Shown: positions 34,417 to 44,382 of the stretch, in pieces
How positions within the stretch are numbered: position 1 is the stretch's first letter
Layout: the number at the start of each line of letters is the position of its first letter
Assembly (NCBI GenBank): GCA_963788655.1
Contig: CAWBHS010000022.1
Span: forward strand, 138,463-202,462
DNA from: an uncultured Verrucomicrobiae bacterium
GTDB lineage: Bacteria > Verrucomicrobiota > Verrucomicrobiia > Limisphaerales > JAFGQR01
DNA: 64,000 nucleotides
Direction of reading: 5' to 3'
The notes under the pieces: model-generated
What the model was told of the DNA's origin: nothing
Databases searched by the model: none
Seen by the model: only the letters and a program-made list of their open reading frames with translations
Made by a program: the position numbers and the translations under genes

Positions 34417-35936
34417 GGCTCCGTGGCGAGCCGATTGGCCCGCGTTAAACTGGCGCTGGGATTGATGCTCAGCCGGTGAATTGATTCCATGGCTGCCAGG
34501 AATCCTTGCGCTTTGGCCAACGTCTCCTCGTATTCGGCTTCGGGACTCGAATCAGCGACGATGCCGGCACCCACGTGGAAATGTGCCGTGTGATTCCGCC
34601 ACAACGCGGTGCGAATGATGATGCTCAATTGGCTCTCGCGATTGAATCCGAGGTAGCCGAGGCAGCCGGTGTAGGGCCCGCGGATGACCGGCTCCATTTC
34701 GTCAATGATCTCCATCGCGCGAATTTTCGGTGCGCCGGTAATGCTGCCGCCAGGAAAACCGGCGGCCAGCGCCTCGAGGTGCGTCAAACCCGACCGCAAC
34801 TGTCCGGTCACAGTGGATACCAAATGCTGCACGTGCGCGTATCGTTCCAGGCGGACCAACTCGGGGACGCGCACCGAGCCGTATTCGCAGACCTTGCCCA
34901 GATCGTTCCGGAGCAGGTCGGTGATCATCACCAGCTCGGCCATTTCCTTGGGGCTGGTTTGCAGTTCATAAGTCAACTGTGCGTCCCGATCCGGATCGGC
35001 CGAACGCGGGCGGGTGCCTTTGATGGGCCGCGTCTGTATGTGGGCACCGCTCATTTGAAGGAACAACTCCGGCGAAGAGGATGCCAATTCAAAATCTCCG
35101 CAGTTCAGGTAGGCGGCGAACGGTGCCGGCGAAACGTCACTCAAGCAACGAAACAAATCCCAACCGCTGCCGTGACAGGCGGTGGTCAACCGCTGGGCCA
35201 GGTTCACTTGGTAAATGTCCCCGGCCCGAATGTAACGTTGAGCCCGTTCCACCGCCGCGACAAATTGCTCGCGGCTGAAAGTGGAAGAACAGGCCAGTTG
35301 ATTTGGCCGGAACGCATCAGTTGCAAAGGGGAGCGCGCCCGCCTCGGGCGCCGTGGTTGGCGCCTCGCCAACCACCTTCGAGCACCCAAGTGGCTCACGA
35401 TTCAGTAATCGGTGTCTCCAAAACTCCAATTGCTCGCGCGTGCGCCGTTCGCTACGGGCCCCGTCCGGCTGCAATCCGGTGGACACGATCCAGCTCTTGC
35501 CAAGGGCGTGATCGAACACCACGAGGCTGTCATAGAATCCCAGATGACAATCAGGCGATTGCACGTCGTTGGCCGCGCCGCGGGGCAAACGAGGTTCGAG
35601 GAAACTTTTCAAATCGTAGCCCCAATATCCAAAGCACCCACCCAAGGGAAACGGCACATCGACTTCGTCCAGCAACTCAAAACGCCCCAGCAAGCCCTGC
35701 AGGATGGACCACGGATTGCCAAATTGAACGCTGCGTTCGCCTTCGAACGCCAACTCGCAACGCGCTCCAAAAGAGCGGAACATGAGCATCGGCCGCGCGA
35801 CGACGAACGAATAGCGACCCTGCCCGGCATCTAGCCGCCCACTGCGCAACAAAACGATGCCCGGCTCACCTTGGAGCCGTTCCACCAGACTTTCAGGCGA
35901 CAATGCACCCGACGCTTCCTGGATTATCGGCGGCAT
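34413..35936 (-). CDS. pabB: aminodeoxychorismate synthase component I
   Basis: GDIYQVNL, SSSPELFL, TRPIKGTRPR, MITDLLRNDLG, PGGSITGAPK. Confidence 0.9.
   Translation of the reverse strand: MPPIIQEASGALSPESLVERLQGEPGIVLLRSGRLDAGQGRYSFVVARPMLMFRSFGARCELAFEGERSVQFGNPWSILQGLLGRFELLDEVDVPFPLGGCFGYWGYDLKSFLEPRLPRGAANDVQSPDCHLGFYDSLVVFDHALGKSWIVSTGLQPDGARSERRTREQLEFWRHRLLNREPLGCSKVVGEAPTTAPEAGALPFATDAFRPNQLACSSTFSREQFVAAVERAQRYIRAGDIYQVNLAQRLTTACHGSGWDLFRCLSDVSPAPFAAYLNCGDFELASSSPELFLQMSGAHIQTRPIKGTRPRSADPDRDAQLTYELQTSPKEMAELVMITDLLRNDLGKVCEYGSVRVPELVRLERYAHVQHLVSTVTGQLRSGLTHLEALAAGFPGGSITGAPKIRAMEIIDEMEPVIRGPYTGCLGYLGFNRESQLSIIIRTALWRNHTAHFHVGAGIVADSSPEAEYEETLAKAQGFLAAMESIHRLSINPSASLTRANRLATEP
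35328..35406. repeat. family B repeat arm located inside pabB
   Basis: Reverse complement nearly identical to 56211-56267. Confidence 0.85.
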
Positions 35937-36084
35937 ATTTGCATTCGTTGGTTGACCATCAGTGTTTCAACTCTCAATGCTCCGCGACAACGTGCCAGCG
36001 TTCGTCGAGAGGCACAAGGAACCAGTGATGGAACGGGACTTAGTCCCGACCTGGTCGAGCCGCAAACATTTCGGAAGGCTCCAT

Positions 36085-36420
36085 TGCACCGCAAAGACAC
36101 GAAGAACTTGGCGCGGCAAAGCCGCAACCAATCGCGGGGTAGGGCGAGACTCCGTCGAGTCCATACTTCCCCGCATCGCTGCCGATAACCCGAGGACCAT
36201 AACGCGGGAAGCCTACGGCGTTACGAACCCCAAGGAGTTCCCCTCGTTCATCACCCAGTCTGCGGAAGTGCTTCGGGGAGGTTAGGGCTCGACGGAGTCT
36301 CGCCCTACCTAACCGCTGCTGTTGGCAGGAATTTTCGTCGCCGCTCGCGATTAATTTGCACTGGTGCAGTGCAAAGACGCTCAGCTAAATCCTTTGCGCG
36401 CTTCGTGTCTTTGCGGTGCA
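36085..36420. repeat. nested palindromic element: perfect 20-bp outer inverted repeat enclosing a family C REPIN (36139-36308)
   Basis: TGCACCGCAAAGACACGAAG at 36085-36104, reverse complement at 36401-36420; GTAGGGCGAGACTCCGTCGAG arms inside. Confidence 0.85.
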
Positions 36421-36747
36421 TCAGGCCGTTCGCCCGCCACCGTGGCTTTTGAAGTCGATATTTGCGTTACTTGGGTTGCCGCTCGCTACGCTGCAACCGC
36501 CGAACTTGTACGCAAACCACCCCCATATTTCACCGCTTTGCCCCATCACCGCTTCAGCCTTTCCACGCTTCCACATTTAACCCTGTCAATCCGGCAACGA
36601 ATTCACAGCACCTCCAGACTACGTTCTTCACGCGCTTGACGGGGATCTATCGGTAGAAAATCTTTCGAGCCGCCAGTATCCCTGCCATTTTCCACGGCGA
36701 ACCAAATGAACCTTGAACTTTGATGCGACTGTCTTAGGCTTCGAGTC

Positions 36748-39382
36748 ATGGCTCGGAAGGACTCCGGAAACCGCGCTCATCCTCGTGGCATGAGCGATAT
36801 TATCGGCATCGTGCTGATCGCCCTGGCATTATTGCTTTTGGTGGCGCAACTGTCATTTGACCGTTACGACCTCGAAGCGAACCGTGTGCCGGTGAATCAG
36901 GCCGTGCACAATTGGATCGGCAGCGCCGGCGCGTTGGGCGCCAACCTGCTGTTCCAATTCTTTGGCGCCGCCGCATTTGTGCTGCCCTTGCTGCTGCTGC
37001 TGTTTGGCATCGGCTACCTGTTTGAATTCTTCGCCTACTTGAAACGCCGCTGGTTCTGGGCGGCGGTGTTGCTGTTCTGTTCCCTGGGATTCTTTGACCT
37101 GTATTCGCACTTGCTGGAAGGGTTGCGCTACAATTTGAACGCGCCCAGCGCCGGCGGTTACATCGGCAAGGCGATGAACGATTGGGTGTTTGGCCGATTT
37201 GGCAAGCCCGGCGCCACCATCATTTATGGCACGCTCTACTTGATCAGCGTCATTTACCTGACCAACTTCCACCTCGGCGACTGGCTTCGAAGTTTGTTCC
37301 ATCGGGAAACGAAACTGCCGGGCGAAGAACACTGGACGCCGGAGGAAAAAGTCCTTGCCCGCCGCGCCCGGGATTTGCAACGGAAGGCCTTGAAGTTGCA
37401 GGAAGAAATGGAGCGTTCAGGGTTGGGCGCGGATCTCCAACCCGTGCCGGTGCCCACCGTGCGCGATCTGAGCGTGCCCCAGCCGCGTTCCGATCGGAAA
37501 TCGCGCGCGAAAACTCCCGAACCTGATTCCGAAACAGACGGGGTTGAAGGGGAAATAATCCCCGCCGGCGAAGTCCGGGCCGCCTCGACCAAGGACATTC
37601 TGGGCGACCACGCAAAAACCAAACCGGACGCTCACGAAACCAGCCCGGAAACCGAGCCCGAGGCCGAGCCCGCCGCGGCCGAATCCAAACCCACGCCGGC
37701 GGTGCCGATCAAGATCACCGACCAATCGATGGGCCGGCGCAGGCCGAAGAAGCCCAAGCCGATCACCGTCGCCGCGCACGCCGATGATCGGCAACTACCA
37801 GTTGCCGCCGATGGATTTCTTTCAATACCCGGACCAGAACGTCAAACCGACCGAGTCCAAGGAGGAATTGATGGCCAACGCGCGGCTGATGCAGCAGACG
37901 CTGGCGCAGTTCGGCATCGAAGTTGCCCTGGGCGACATCACCAAAGGCCCGACGATCACCCGCTACGAATTGCATCCCGGCGCCGGGCGTGAAGCTGGAA
38001 AAGATCACCGCGCTGAGCAACAACATCGCCGCCGCGCTCAAGGCCGAGCGCATTCACATCCTCGCGCCGGTGCCCGGCAAGAGTTCGGTCGGCATCGAGG
38101 TGCCCAACGCCGTCAAGACCAAGGTCATCATGCGCGACCTGCTCGAGTCGGACGAATGGCGCAACACCAAGGCCCGCATTCCGCTGGCGCTGGGCAAGGA
38201 CGTCTACGGCCATCCGATCATCGCCGACCTCGCGGACATGCCGCACCTGCTGATTGCCGGCAGCACCGGCTCCGGCAAGTCGGTTTGCATCAATTCCATC
38301 ATCGCCTCGCTGCTCTACCGGTTCTCCGCCCGACCAACTCCGGTTCGTGATGATTGATCCGAAGGTCGTCGAGCTTGCAGCAATACAACCCCCTGCCGCA
38401 CCTGGTCGTGCCGGTCGTCACCGATCCCAAGAAAGTCATTCTCGCGCTGCGCTGGGTGGTGAACGAGATGGAGAAGCGCTACCAGATCTTCGCGCGAGTC
38501 GGCGTGCGCAACATCAAATCGTTCAACGACCGCCCGAAGAACAAACCCGCTGCCGCAGACCGGAACCGGAACTGCCGCTGACGCGCCAAGAAGGAAAAAG
38601 TGCGAACCCGGCGCCGAAGGCTTCGCGGTGGAAGTGGACGAGGAAATCGTCGTGCCGCGCGAGGAAGACATCGTCATTCCCGAGAAGCTCAGCTACATCG
38701 TGGTCATCATCGACGAGCTGGCCGACCTGATGCTCGTGGCGCCGGCGGACGTCGAAATGGCCATCGCGCGCATCACGCAGATGGCGCGCGCGGCCGGCAT
38801 CCATTGCATCGTCGCCACCCAGCGGCCGAGCGTGGACGTCATCACCGGCGTCATCAAGGCCAACATCCCGGCGCGCATCGCGTTCCAGGTGGCCGCCACG
38901 GTGGATTCGCGCACCATTCTCGATGCGATGGGCGCCGACAAACTGCTGGGCAAGGGCGACATGCTTTACCTGCCGCCGGGCTCGGCCAAGCTGATCCGCG
39001 CGCAGGGCGCGCTCGATCACCGACCAGGAAATCCAGAAGCATCGTGGACTTCATCGCCAAGCAGGGCAAGCCCAGCTACGAGATGGAAATCCACCAGCAA
39101 CTCTCCAAGCCGGCGCACGAGCTTCGAGAACGAGAGCGGCATCGACGAGGACGAGGACCTGATCCAGCAGTGCATCGAAGTCATTCGCAGCGAGCAAAAG
39201 GCCAGCGTCTCGCTGATGCAGCGCCGCTGCGCCTCGGCTACACCCGCGCCGCGCGCATCATGGATGAACTGGAGAACCGCGGCATTGTCGGCCCCAGCAA
39301 AGGCGCCGAGCCGCGCGACATCCTCATTGACCTCGACGGCACCGGCGCCGACGGCCTGCCTGCCAGCCAATCGCCGGCCTGA
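36748..39382 (+). pseudogene. ftsK: DNA translocase FtsK, many frameshifts in the 3' half (probably sequence errors)
   Basis: 4TM N-terminus; [43 protein letters not shown] and gamma domain spread over at least 7 ORF fragments. Confidence 0.9.
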
Positions 39383-39715
39383 CGAGGGCGCTATCCGGTT
39401 TTGGGTGCTCACAACTGGTACGGGCCGTGGGATCTCACACCGCTGCCGCCAAGATGGCCTTGACCGAGTGGAAGGAAAAGCACGCCCAAAACAGGAGAGA
39501 TATCGCATTCTTCCAATCTGCGAACCATTGGCCATGGATGGGCGATCTGAACAGGCGCGAGTATTGCAGCGAAGCTCAGGTGGAATTCTCATGGGTTGAC
39601 GCCGCGCTGCCATTTGACGTAATCTGTTGACGTGAATGGGATTACCGATGGAGTTTCAATGGTTCACTATACGAACCGATGGTTCGTTGAATAATTGTAG
39701 GCTCGGAGAGTACGC

Positions 39716-40030
39716 ATGCTCATAGTCTTCTCCATTACGGTCGTCGTTTTGCCCGCGCTCCTCACCGTTGCAGCGTGCGCATTCGCGGAGCGGCAGCATC
39801 GCAAAGCTGCTTGGTACGTGGCGTTATTCGCCTGCATTGTGACTGGCTTTATTGGCGCCATTTTGATTTTTCAGGGAGACGTATTTTATTTAGATTCTTG
39901 GCTGGACAACGGCAAAGGTTCGCCAGTTCGGAATTGCTTCTTGATAGGGAGTGGGGTCGGCTTGCTCCCTGGATTGTTCGTTGTCCGATTTTACCGTGAG
40001 AGATTCAAGGGCCATAAAAAACTTGCCTAA
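39716..40030 (+). CDS. hypothetical membrane protein (gene cassette 1)
   Basis: Three hydrophobic segments; stop codon lies in the R'' box GCCTAAC. Confidence 0.7.
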   Translation: MLIVFSITVVVLPALLTVAACAFAERQHRKAAWYVALFACIVTGFIGAILIFQGDVFYLDSWLDNGKGSPVRNCFLIGSGVGLLPGLFVVRFYRERFKGHKKLA

Positions 40031-40120
40031 CAAATCGAGTCACCGAATGACCGGCAAGCACGTCAGTTTTGAATTTGGAAGGCACCGGGATGCCGCTCAT
40101 CGGCGCTCTCCGCGTTAGCC
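40025..40120 (+). mobile_element. integron attC site 1
   Basis: GCCTAAC ... GTTAGCC; inner arms GAG(T)CACCG(A)ATGA / TCATCGGCGCTC with two unpaired bases. Confidence 0.8.
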
Positions 40121-40136
40121 TGCATCGCACACGCCT

Positions 40137-40481
40137 ATGAACAAGATTGCGCCCATACTCGGAGAATCGCTGGCGGCTACACTCGTCATCGTCCTTTGTC
40201 TCTCGCTTCCCTCTTTCTTGGGCTTGCCTTTGTGGTCGCTGCCCTTGTTCGGCGTTCCGGCGATGCTTTATTTGGACTGGCGGCTCGGAGAGCGCCACTG
40301 GGCGCGCTGGAAGATTGTGCGCTGGGTGGTGGGCATGAGTTTGATCATGTTCCTTTGGTCTCGGTTTTCGCCGACGGACTACGGCTGGTGGATTGTGCTG
40401 TTGCTGCTGATCATCTTCCCGCCGAGTTCATGGCTGTTTTGGCGGAAGACGAAGAGAGAGGATTCACACCATGCAGGCTAA
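40137..40481 (+). CDS. hypothetical membrane protein (gene cassette 2)
   Basis: About four TM segments; starts 16 nt after attC1; stop codon inside GGCTAAC. Confidence 0.7.
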   Translation: MNKIAPILGESLAATLVIVLCLSLPSFLGLPLWSLPLFGVPAMLYLDWRLGERHWARWKIVRWVVGMSLIMFLWSRFSPTDYGWWIVLLLLIIFPPSSWLFWRKTKREDSHHAG

Positions 40482-40598
40482 CGAAGAGCGCTGCAGCGAA
40501 CCGCCGCCCCGCTTTGCAGTCGGGCGGTTCGGATAATTTGTCATCGATTGTTGCAGCCGACCGGGCGTTTCCGGCGCCGGTCGCTGAGTTCGTTGGCC
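40476..40598 (+). mobile_element. integron attC site 2
   Basis: GGCTAAC ... GTTGGCC; arms CT(G)CAGCG(A)ACCG / CGGTCGCTGAG with two unpaired bases. Confidence 0.8.
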
Positions 40599-40674
40599 TG
40601 CTCCGGGCGGAACCCTGCTGTCCCTTCTCTTTTACGCATCTTGACCCCCAACCTGGAAGAAACAGGCTTTGTGC

Positions 40675-40881
40675 ATGAGACAAGTATTGATCCATGCGGG
40701 TGAAGACGGTTACTGGGTTGCCGAGTGTCCGAGCTTGCCGGGCTGCGTGTCCCAAGGGACCACCCGCGAAGAAGCAATCCGCAACATCAAAGAGGCCATC
40801 GAGGGGTATGTCCTGGTGCTCAAGGAGGATGGACCTCCAGTGCCTGAGGACAAACTGGATGCACTTTTTTTGGCGGTATGA
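40675..40881 (+). CDS. hicB: HicB family antitoxin (short form)
   Basis: EDGYWVAECPSLPGCVSQG.T.EEA..NIKEAI. Confidence 0.9.
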   Translation: MRQVLIHAGEDGYWVAECPSLPGCVSQGTTREEAIRNIKEAIEGYVLVLKEDGPPVPEDKLDALFLAV

Positions 40882-41100
40882 GCACGCTGCCGCGTGTTTC
40901 AGGGCAGCAGGTGGTCGCGGCGCTGCCGAGCATAAGGCTTCCGGGTTCGCCGCCAACATGGAAGCCACATCATCATGCGGCGGGATGATCCCTTCGCCCA
41001 GACAGTAGTGCCCGCGCACCGCGAACTGGATCGGGGAATGTTGAGAGCCATTCTCCGTCAGATCGAAATAAGTGTGGAAGAGTTTGTTCGCTTACTTTGA
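40878..41100 (+). CDS. hicA: HicA family toxin, frameshift near 40935
   Basis: MSTLPRVSGQQVVAAL, then after a shift GF...RQHGSHIIM...VVPAHRELDRGMLRAIL; ATGA overlap with hicB. Confidence 0.8.
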
Positions 41101-41177
41101 AATCTGGCCAACCAGGGCGATGGAACGTTGCGGCTTGTGGCTTTCACGAACTCAATCGCGGCAATTGCAGTGAAAAG

Positions 41178-41321
41178 GAGAGCACGCACACCCAGAGCGA
41201 TGATAATCCGAGACTGCGCCGGTTGGCCCGCGACTGGAGCGTCACGTAACAGCGAGTGAAACCAATGCTCGAAAACTTGTGGGCGAGGCGCCAACCGTAG
41301 CGCCTGAGGCGGGCGCGCTCC
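41178..41321. repeat. REPIN, family B (left arm degenerate)
   Basis: GCCGGTTGGCCC.CGACTG and GGCGAGGCGCCAACC...GGCGGGCGCGCTCC match 56120-56267. Confidence 0.7.
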
Positions 41322-41327
41322 GCAGGC

Positions 41328-42071
41328 TTAGTCCGACGGACCGGCATATCTTTGGCGCGCGGCTTCGAGGGACTGCGGGGTGCCGATGTCCAGAATCGTC
41401 CCCTGGATTCGATGGGCATAGACCGGCTCCCGCTGAAACAGCCATTCGATGAAATGGCCGGGCGCCTCCGCGGAACCGCCCTGGGCCAGGTACTCGGATA
41501 CGCGCGGCAATGTGCGTTGGGGAAACAGGTAAATCGGCGGCACGGCCAATTGGGTTTTTGGCTCACGCGGCTTCTCAGCGAATTCCAAGACGCGGTTGCG
41601 CTCGTCCAGCACGACCACTCCCGTGCGCCGAAGCCGTTCCGTGTCCGAGACAACGTGGACACACAGATGGCTGGTGGGGCAGGCACGAAAAGCGGAGGCC
41701 AATTCCATCAGCGGAAACTCGAGGATATTGTCCGCGGCCGTGACCAACAAATCGTCGTCAATCCTCGCCTGTCGCACGGCAAATTGTAGATCGCCGATGG
41801 CGCCGAGCCGGTCCTCGTTGCTGGTGGTGCCGTCATCGATGAGCGTGATTTTCCGGGTGCCAACCCACCGCCGCCGCCAAGCTTCAAAGTGCGGCAAGAA
41901 CCGGTGGTTGGTGATAAGAAAGACGTGATCGAGGGCGGGGATCGTTTCCAGTTGGCCCATCAAATGATCCAGGATGGTTTGTCCGCCCGCCTCGAGCAAC
42001 GGCTTGGGAAAGTCCTTCGTCAACGGGTATAGCCTCGTCGCATAACCGGCTGCGAGAATAAGCGCTTTCAT
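41328..42071 (-). CDS. sugar-phosphate nucleotidyltransferase
   Basis: MKALILAAGYATRLYPLT...PKPLL, DIGT; ATGA overlap with the kinase stop. Confidence 0.92.
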   Translation of the reverse strand: MKALILAAGYATRLYPLTKDFPKPLLEAGGQTILDHLMGQLETIPALDHVFLITNHRFLPHFEAWRRRWVGTRKITLIDDGTTSNEDRLGAIGDLQFAVRQARIDDDLLVTAADNILEFPLMELASAFRACPTSHLCVHVVSDTERLRRTGVVVLDERNRVLEFAEKPREPKTQLAVPPIYLFPQRTLPRVSEYLAQGGSAEAPGHFIEWLFQREPVYAHRIQGTILDIGTPQSLEAARQRYAGPSD

Positions 42072-43447
42072 AAGCGTCGCGCTCCATCCGCCGATTGGCA
42101 CAGAAGAAAGCGGGCCCGCGCCGCGAGCTGGGGCTGGCGCCGGGCGTAGGCCGCTTGCAGTTCCGGCAGCGCGTGTCGGGCGGCGTCCGGTTCGGCCAAG
42201 GCCACGCAACACCCCCGAAAACCGGCCCCGCTAAATCGCGCACCGTAAATGCCCGGCGTATGGACCAGTAAGTTGTAAAGATCGAGCAAGGGCTGACTGC
42301 CACATTCGTAATTGTCGATCGAACTCTGCCCCGACTCGGTCATCAACTTTCCAAACCGGATCCAATCGCCCCCGCGCCAGGCGTCAATCCCGTCGTGAAC
42401 ACGCTGCATTTCCGTGAAGAAATGTTGGGCGCGCCGGGCCGGGGCGCCGCTCAGGCGTGAACGGTGCGCGGCGTATTCCTCAGGCCGCACGTTGCCCAGA
42501 TAAGCGGATTCATCGGTGCGCCCGACGGCGTCGAGCAGAATCCGGGCAGCCGCAGCACATTCGGCAACGCGCTGGTTGTAGTCGGTGGCAATGACGGCCT
42601 GGGTCAATCCGGAAACCGCCAGCAAAATAGTAAACGGCGGCGCCTGGCCTTTCTCAATCCAACGGATGCCACGGTTGTCGCGCGACGCGAGGTCATCAGT
42701 TTCATTCGTTGGCGCCTCTGAACGTGTTTTGAACGTCTGTAAACCGGTAGCCACCGACGTAAGGAGGTGGATCTGTTGGTCGCTTGGCGTTGGCGAATTC
42801 GCCTCCTCATGTTGGCGGTTACCCTTTTGAAACGCGCTCTCAGCGAATGCGTGGCAATTGATCACTGTGAGTTGGTCGTGTCTGGACAGCAGGATGGCGG
42901 ATTGATCCAGGATACCGTTCTTCAGACCGAGATACTCGTTTTCGACGGCTTGGTCCAAAACGATGTTATGCGCCGCGGACACTTCAAGCTGATTGAGATC
43001 TTCCAGCGCCAGCAGGTACGCCACGCCAACGCTTGCCGAAGAACTTAGCCCAACCTCGGGCAATCCACCGCTGGTGACACCGACCATGCCCTGCCTCAGT
43101 CGATTCCCGCGGCTCAGTACCTTGATCGCACCGCGCGCATAATCTCCCCAATCGCCGAGCGGAGCGGTGGGGACGTGCGCGAGGGGAATGGTGATTTCGT
43201 TGGAATACGCCAGGCTGCTCAGTCGCACTTCGTCGGAACCGGACGGGGCGTAAGCGAGATATGTCCCTCGATCGATGGCCATCGCGGTGACGGTTCCCAA
43301 TTGATGATCGATGTGCGCACCCAACGGGCAAATCCGATACGGCGACCAGACCACCCGAACCAGTGCCGGCGCGATGCCGTATCGGTCGTGCATCGCCTGG
43401 CGAAGCTGGCTCAAAGTGTCCGGTTGATCCATCGCGCTGTCTCTCAT
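42068..43447 (-). CDS. GHMP sugar kinase, galacturonokinase-like
   Basis: SPYRICPLGAHIDHQ, GLSSSA, GL.NGILDQ, NYECG, GARFSGAGFRGC. Confidence 0.85.
   Translation of the reverse strand: MRDSAMDQPDTLSQLRQAMHDRYGIAPALVRVVWSPYRICPLGAHIDHQLGTVTAMAIDRGTYLAYAPSGSDEVRLSSLAYSNEITIPLAHVPTAPLGDWGDYARGAIKVLSRGNRLRQGMVGVTSGGLPEVGLSSSASVGVAYLLALEDLNQLEVSAAHNIVLDQAVENEYLGLKNGILDQSAILLSRHDQLTVINCHAFAESAFQKGNRQHEEANSPTPSDQQIHLLTSVATGLQTFKTRSEAPTNETDDLASRDNRGIRWIEKGQAPPFTILLAVSGLTQAVIATDYNQRVAECAAAARILLDAVGRTDESAYLGNVRPEEYAAHRSRLSGAPARRAQHFFTEMQRVHDGIDAWRGGDWIRFGKLMTESGQSSIDNYECGSQPLLDLYNLLVHTPGIYGARFSGAGFRGCCVALAEPDAARHALPELQAAYARRQPQLAARARFLLCQSADGARRL
42747..42822. repeat. REPIN, family E, inside the kinase gene
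   Basis: GTAGCCACCGACGTAAGGAGGTG and inverted arm CGCCTCCTCATGTTGGCGGTTAC. Confidence 0.7.
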
Positions 43448-44382
43448 TTCCGCCGCCGCATGTCCACGTAAACCGCGCCCAGGATCACGCCGCCCTTGAC
43501 GATGTATTGCAGCGAATAATGGACGCCGGCCTGGTTTAAACCCTTGTCCAGAATGCCAATGATGATGGCCCCCAGCAACGTGCCGTAAATCGTGCCGCGC
43601 CCGCCGGTGAAACTGGTGCCGCCCACCACCGCCGCGGCAATGGCGTGCAATTCGAACATCACTCCGGAGGCCGGCTCAGCGGAATACAACTGCGAGGCGT
43701 TGATCATGCCGGCCACGCCGGTCAGCAGCGAGCAAATCACATAGACCAGGATTTCAATGCGGGCGACGGGAATGCCCGTGAATCGCGCGGCTTCGCGGTT
43801 GCCGCCGATGGCATACAGGTGTTGCCCGAACCGCGTCCGGTGCAGGAGCACAGCCGTCAAGGCAAACAGGCCAAGCATCACCACCACCGGCACGGGTATC
43901 ACTCCGAATAACCGGCCATTGCCCAATGCCAGGAACACCGCCTGGCTATCGGGAATGTGCATGGGCCGGCCCTCGTTGTACCGCAACGCGGCCCCGCGCG
44001 CGATCAGCATGGTGGCCAGCGTGATGATGAAGGGTGGCATGGGGGTCCTCGCGGCGCACACGCCGTTCATCAACCCCAGCAATGCGGCCACTGCCAATCC
44101 CGCCGGCACGGCCAGCCACAGGCCGAGCCCCGTGAGACCGGTCGTCAGGAAATAGACAGTTGACGTGCCCACCAACGCCAGCAATGCCCCCACCGATAAG
44201 TCAATTCCCCCGCTCAGAATCACCAACGTCATGCCGTACGCCAGGATGGCGTTGATCGAGATTTGTTGGGCCAGGTCCAGCAAATTGATGGGATGCAGGA
44301 AATTGGGCACCCACAGCCGGAACAGTCCCAGCAGTACCGCCACTGCAATCAGCAGCGGCAACATTCGTTTATACGTTCTCAT
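43444..44382 (-). CDS. monosaccharide ABC transporter permease (RbsC-like)
   Basis: GGIDLSVG, PPFIITL, GGN.EAA...GI, IAAAVVGGTSF.GG.G. Confidence 0.95.
   Translation of the reverse strand: MRTYKRMLPLLIAVAVLLGLFRLWVPNFLHPINLLDLAQQISINAILAYGMTLVILSGGIDLSVGALLALVGTSTVYFLTTGLTGLGLWLAVPAGLAVAALLGLMNGVCAARTPMPPFIITLATMLIARGAALRYNEGRPMHIPDSQAVFLALGNGRLFGVIPVPVVVMLGLFALTAVLLHRTRFGQHLYAIGGNREAARFTGIPVARIEILVYVICSLLTGVAGMINASQLYSAEPASGVMFELHAIAAAVVGGTSFTGGRGTIYGTLLGAIIIGILDKGLNQAGVHYSLQYIVKGGVILGAVYVDMRRRK

Noticed and set aside
35940..36080. Folate-related riboswitch upstream of pabB
   Set aside because: Only a short palindrome (CGGGACTTAGTCCCG) seen; no recognisable aptamer core
36525..36610. Degenerate short-period pyrimidine-rich repeats
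   Set aside because: Too degenerate to define a unit by eye
39427..39630. Short ORF after ftsK as an additional cassette gene or integrase remnant
   Set aside because: No recognisable motif, no tyrosine recombinase signature and no attC after it
41106..41228. Complete third attC (GGCCAAC ... GTTGGCC)
   Set aside because: The GTTGGCC at 41222 lies in a motif shared with the family B repeat at 56160, and the inner arms do not pair well
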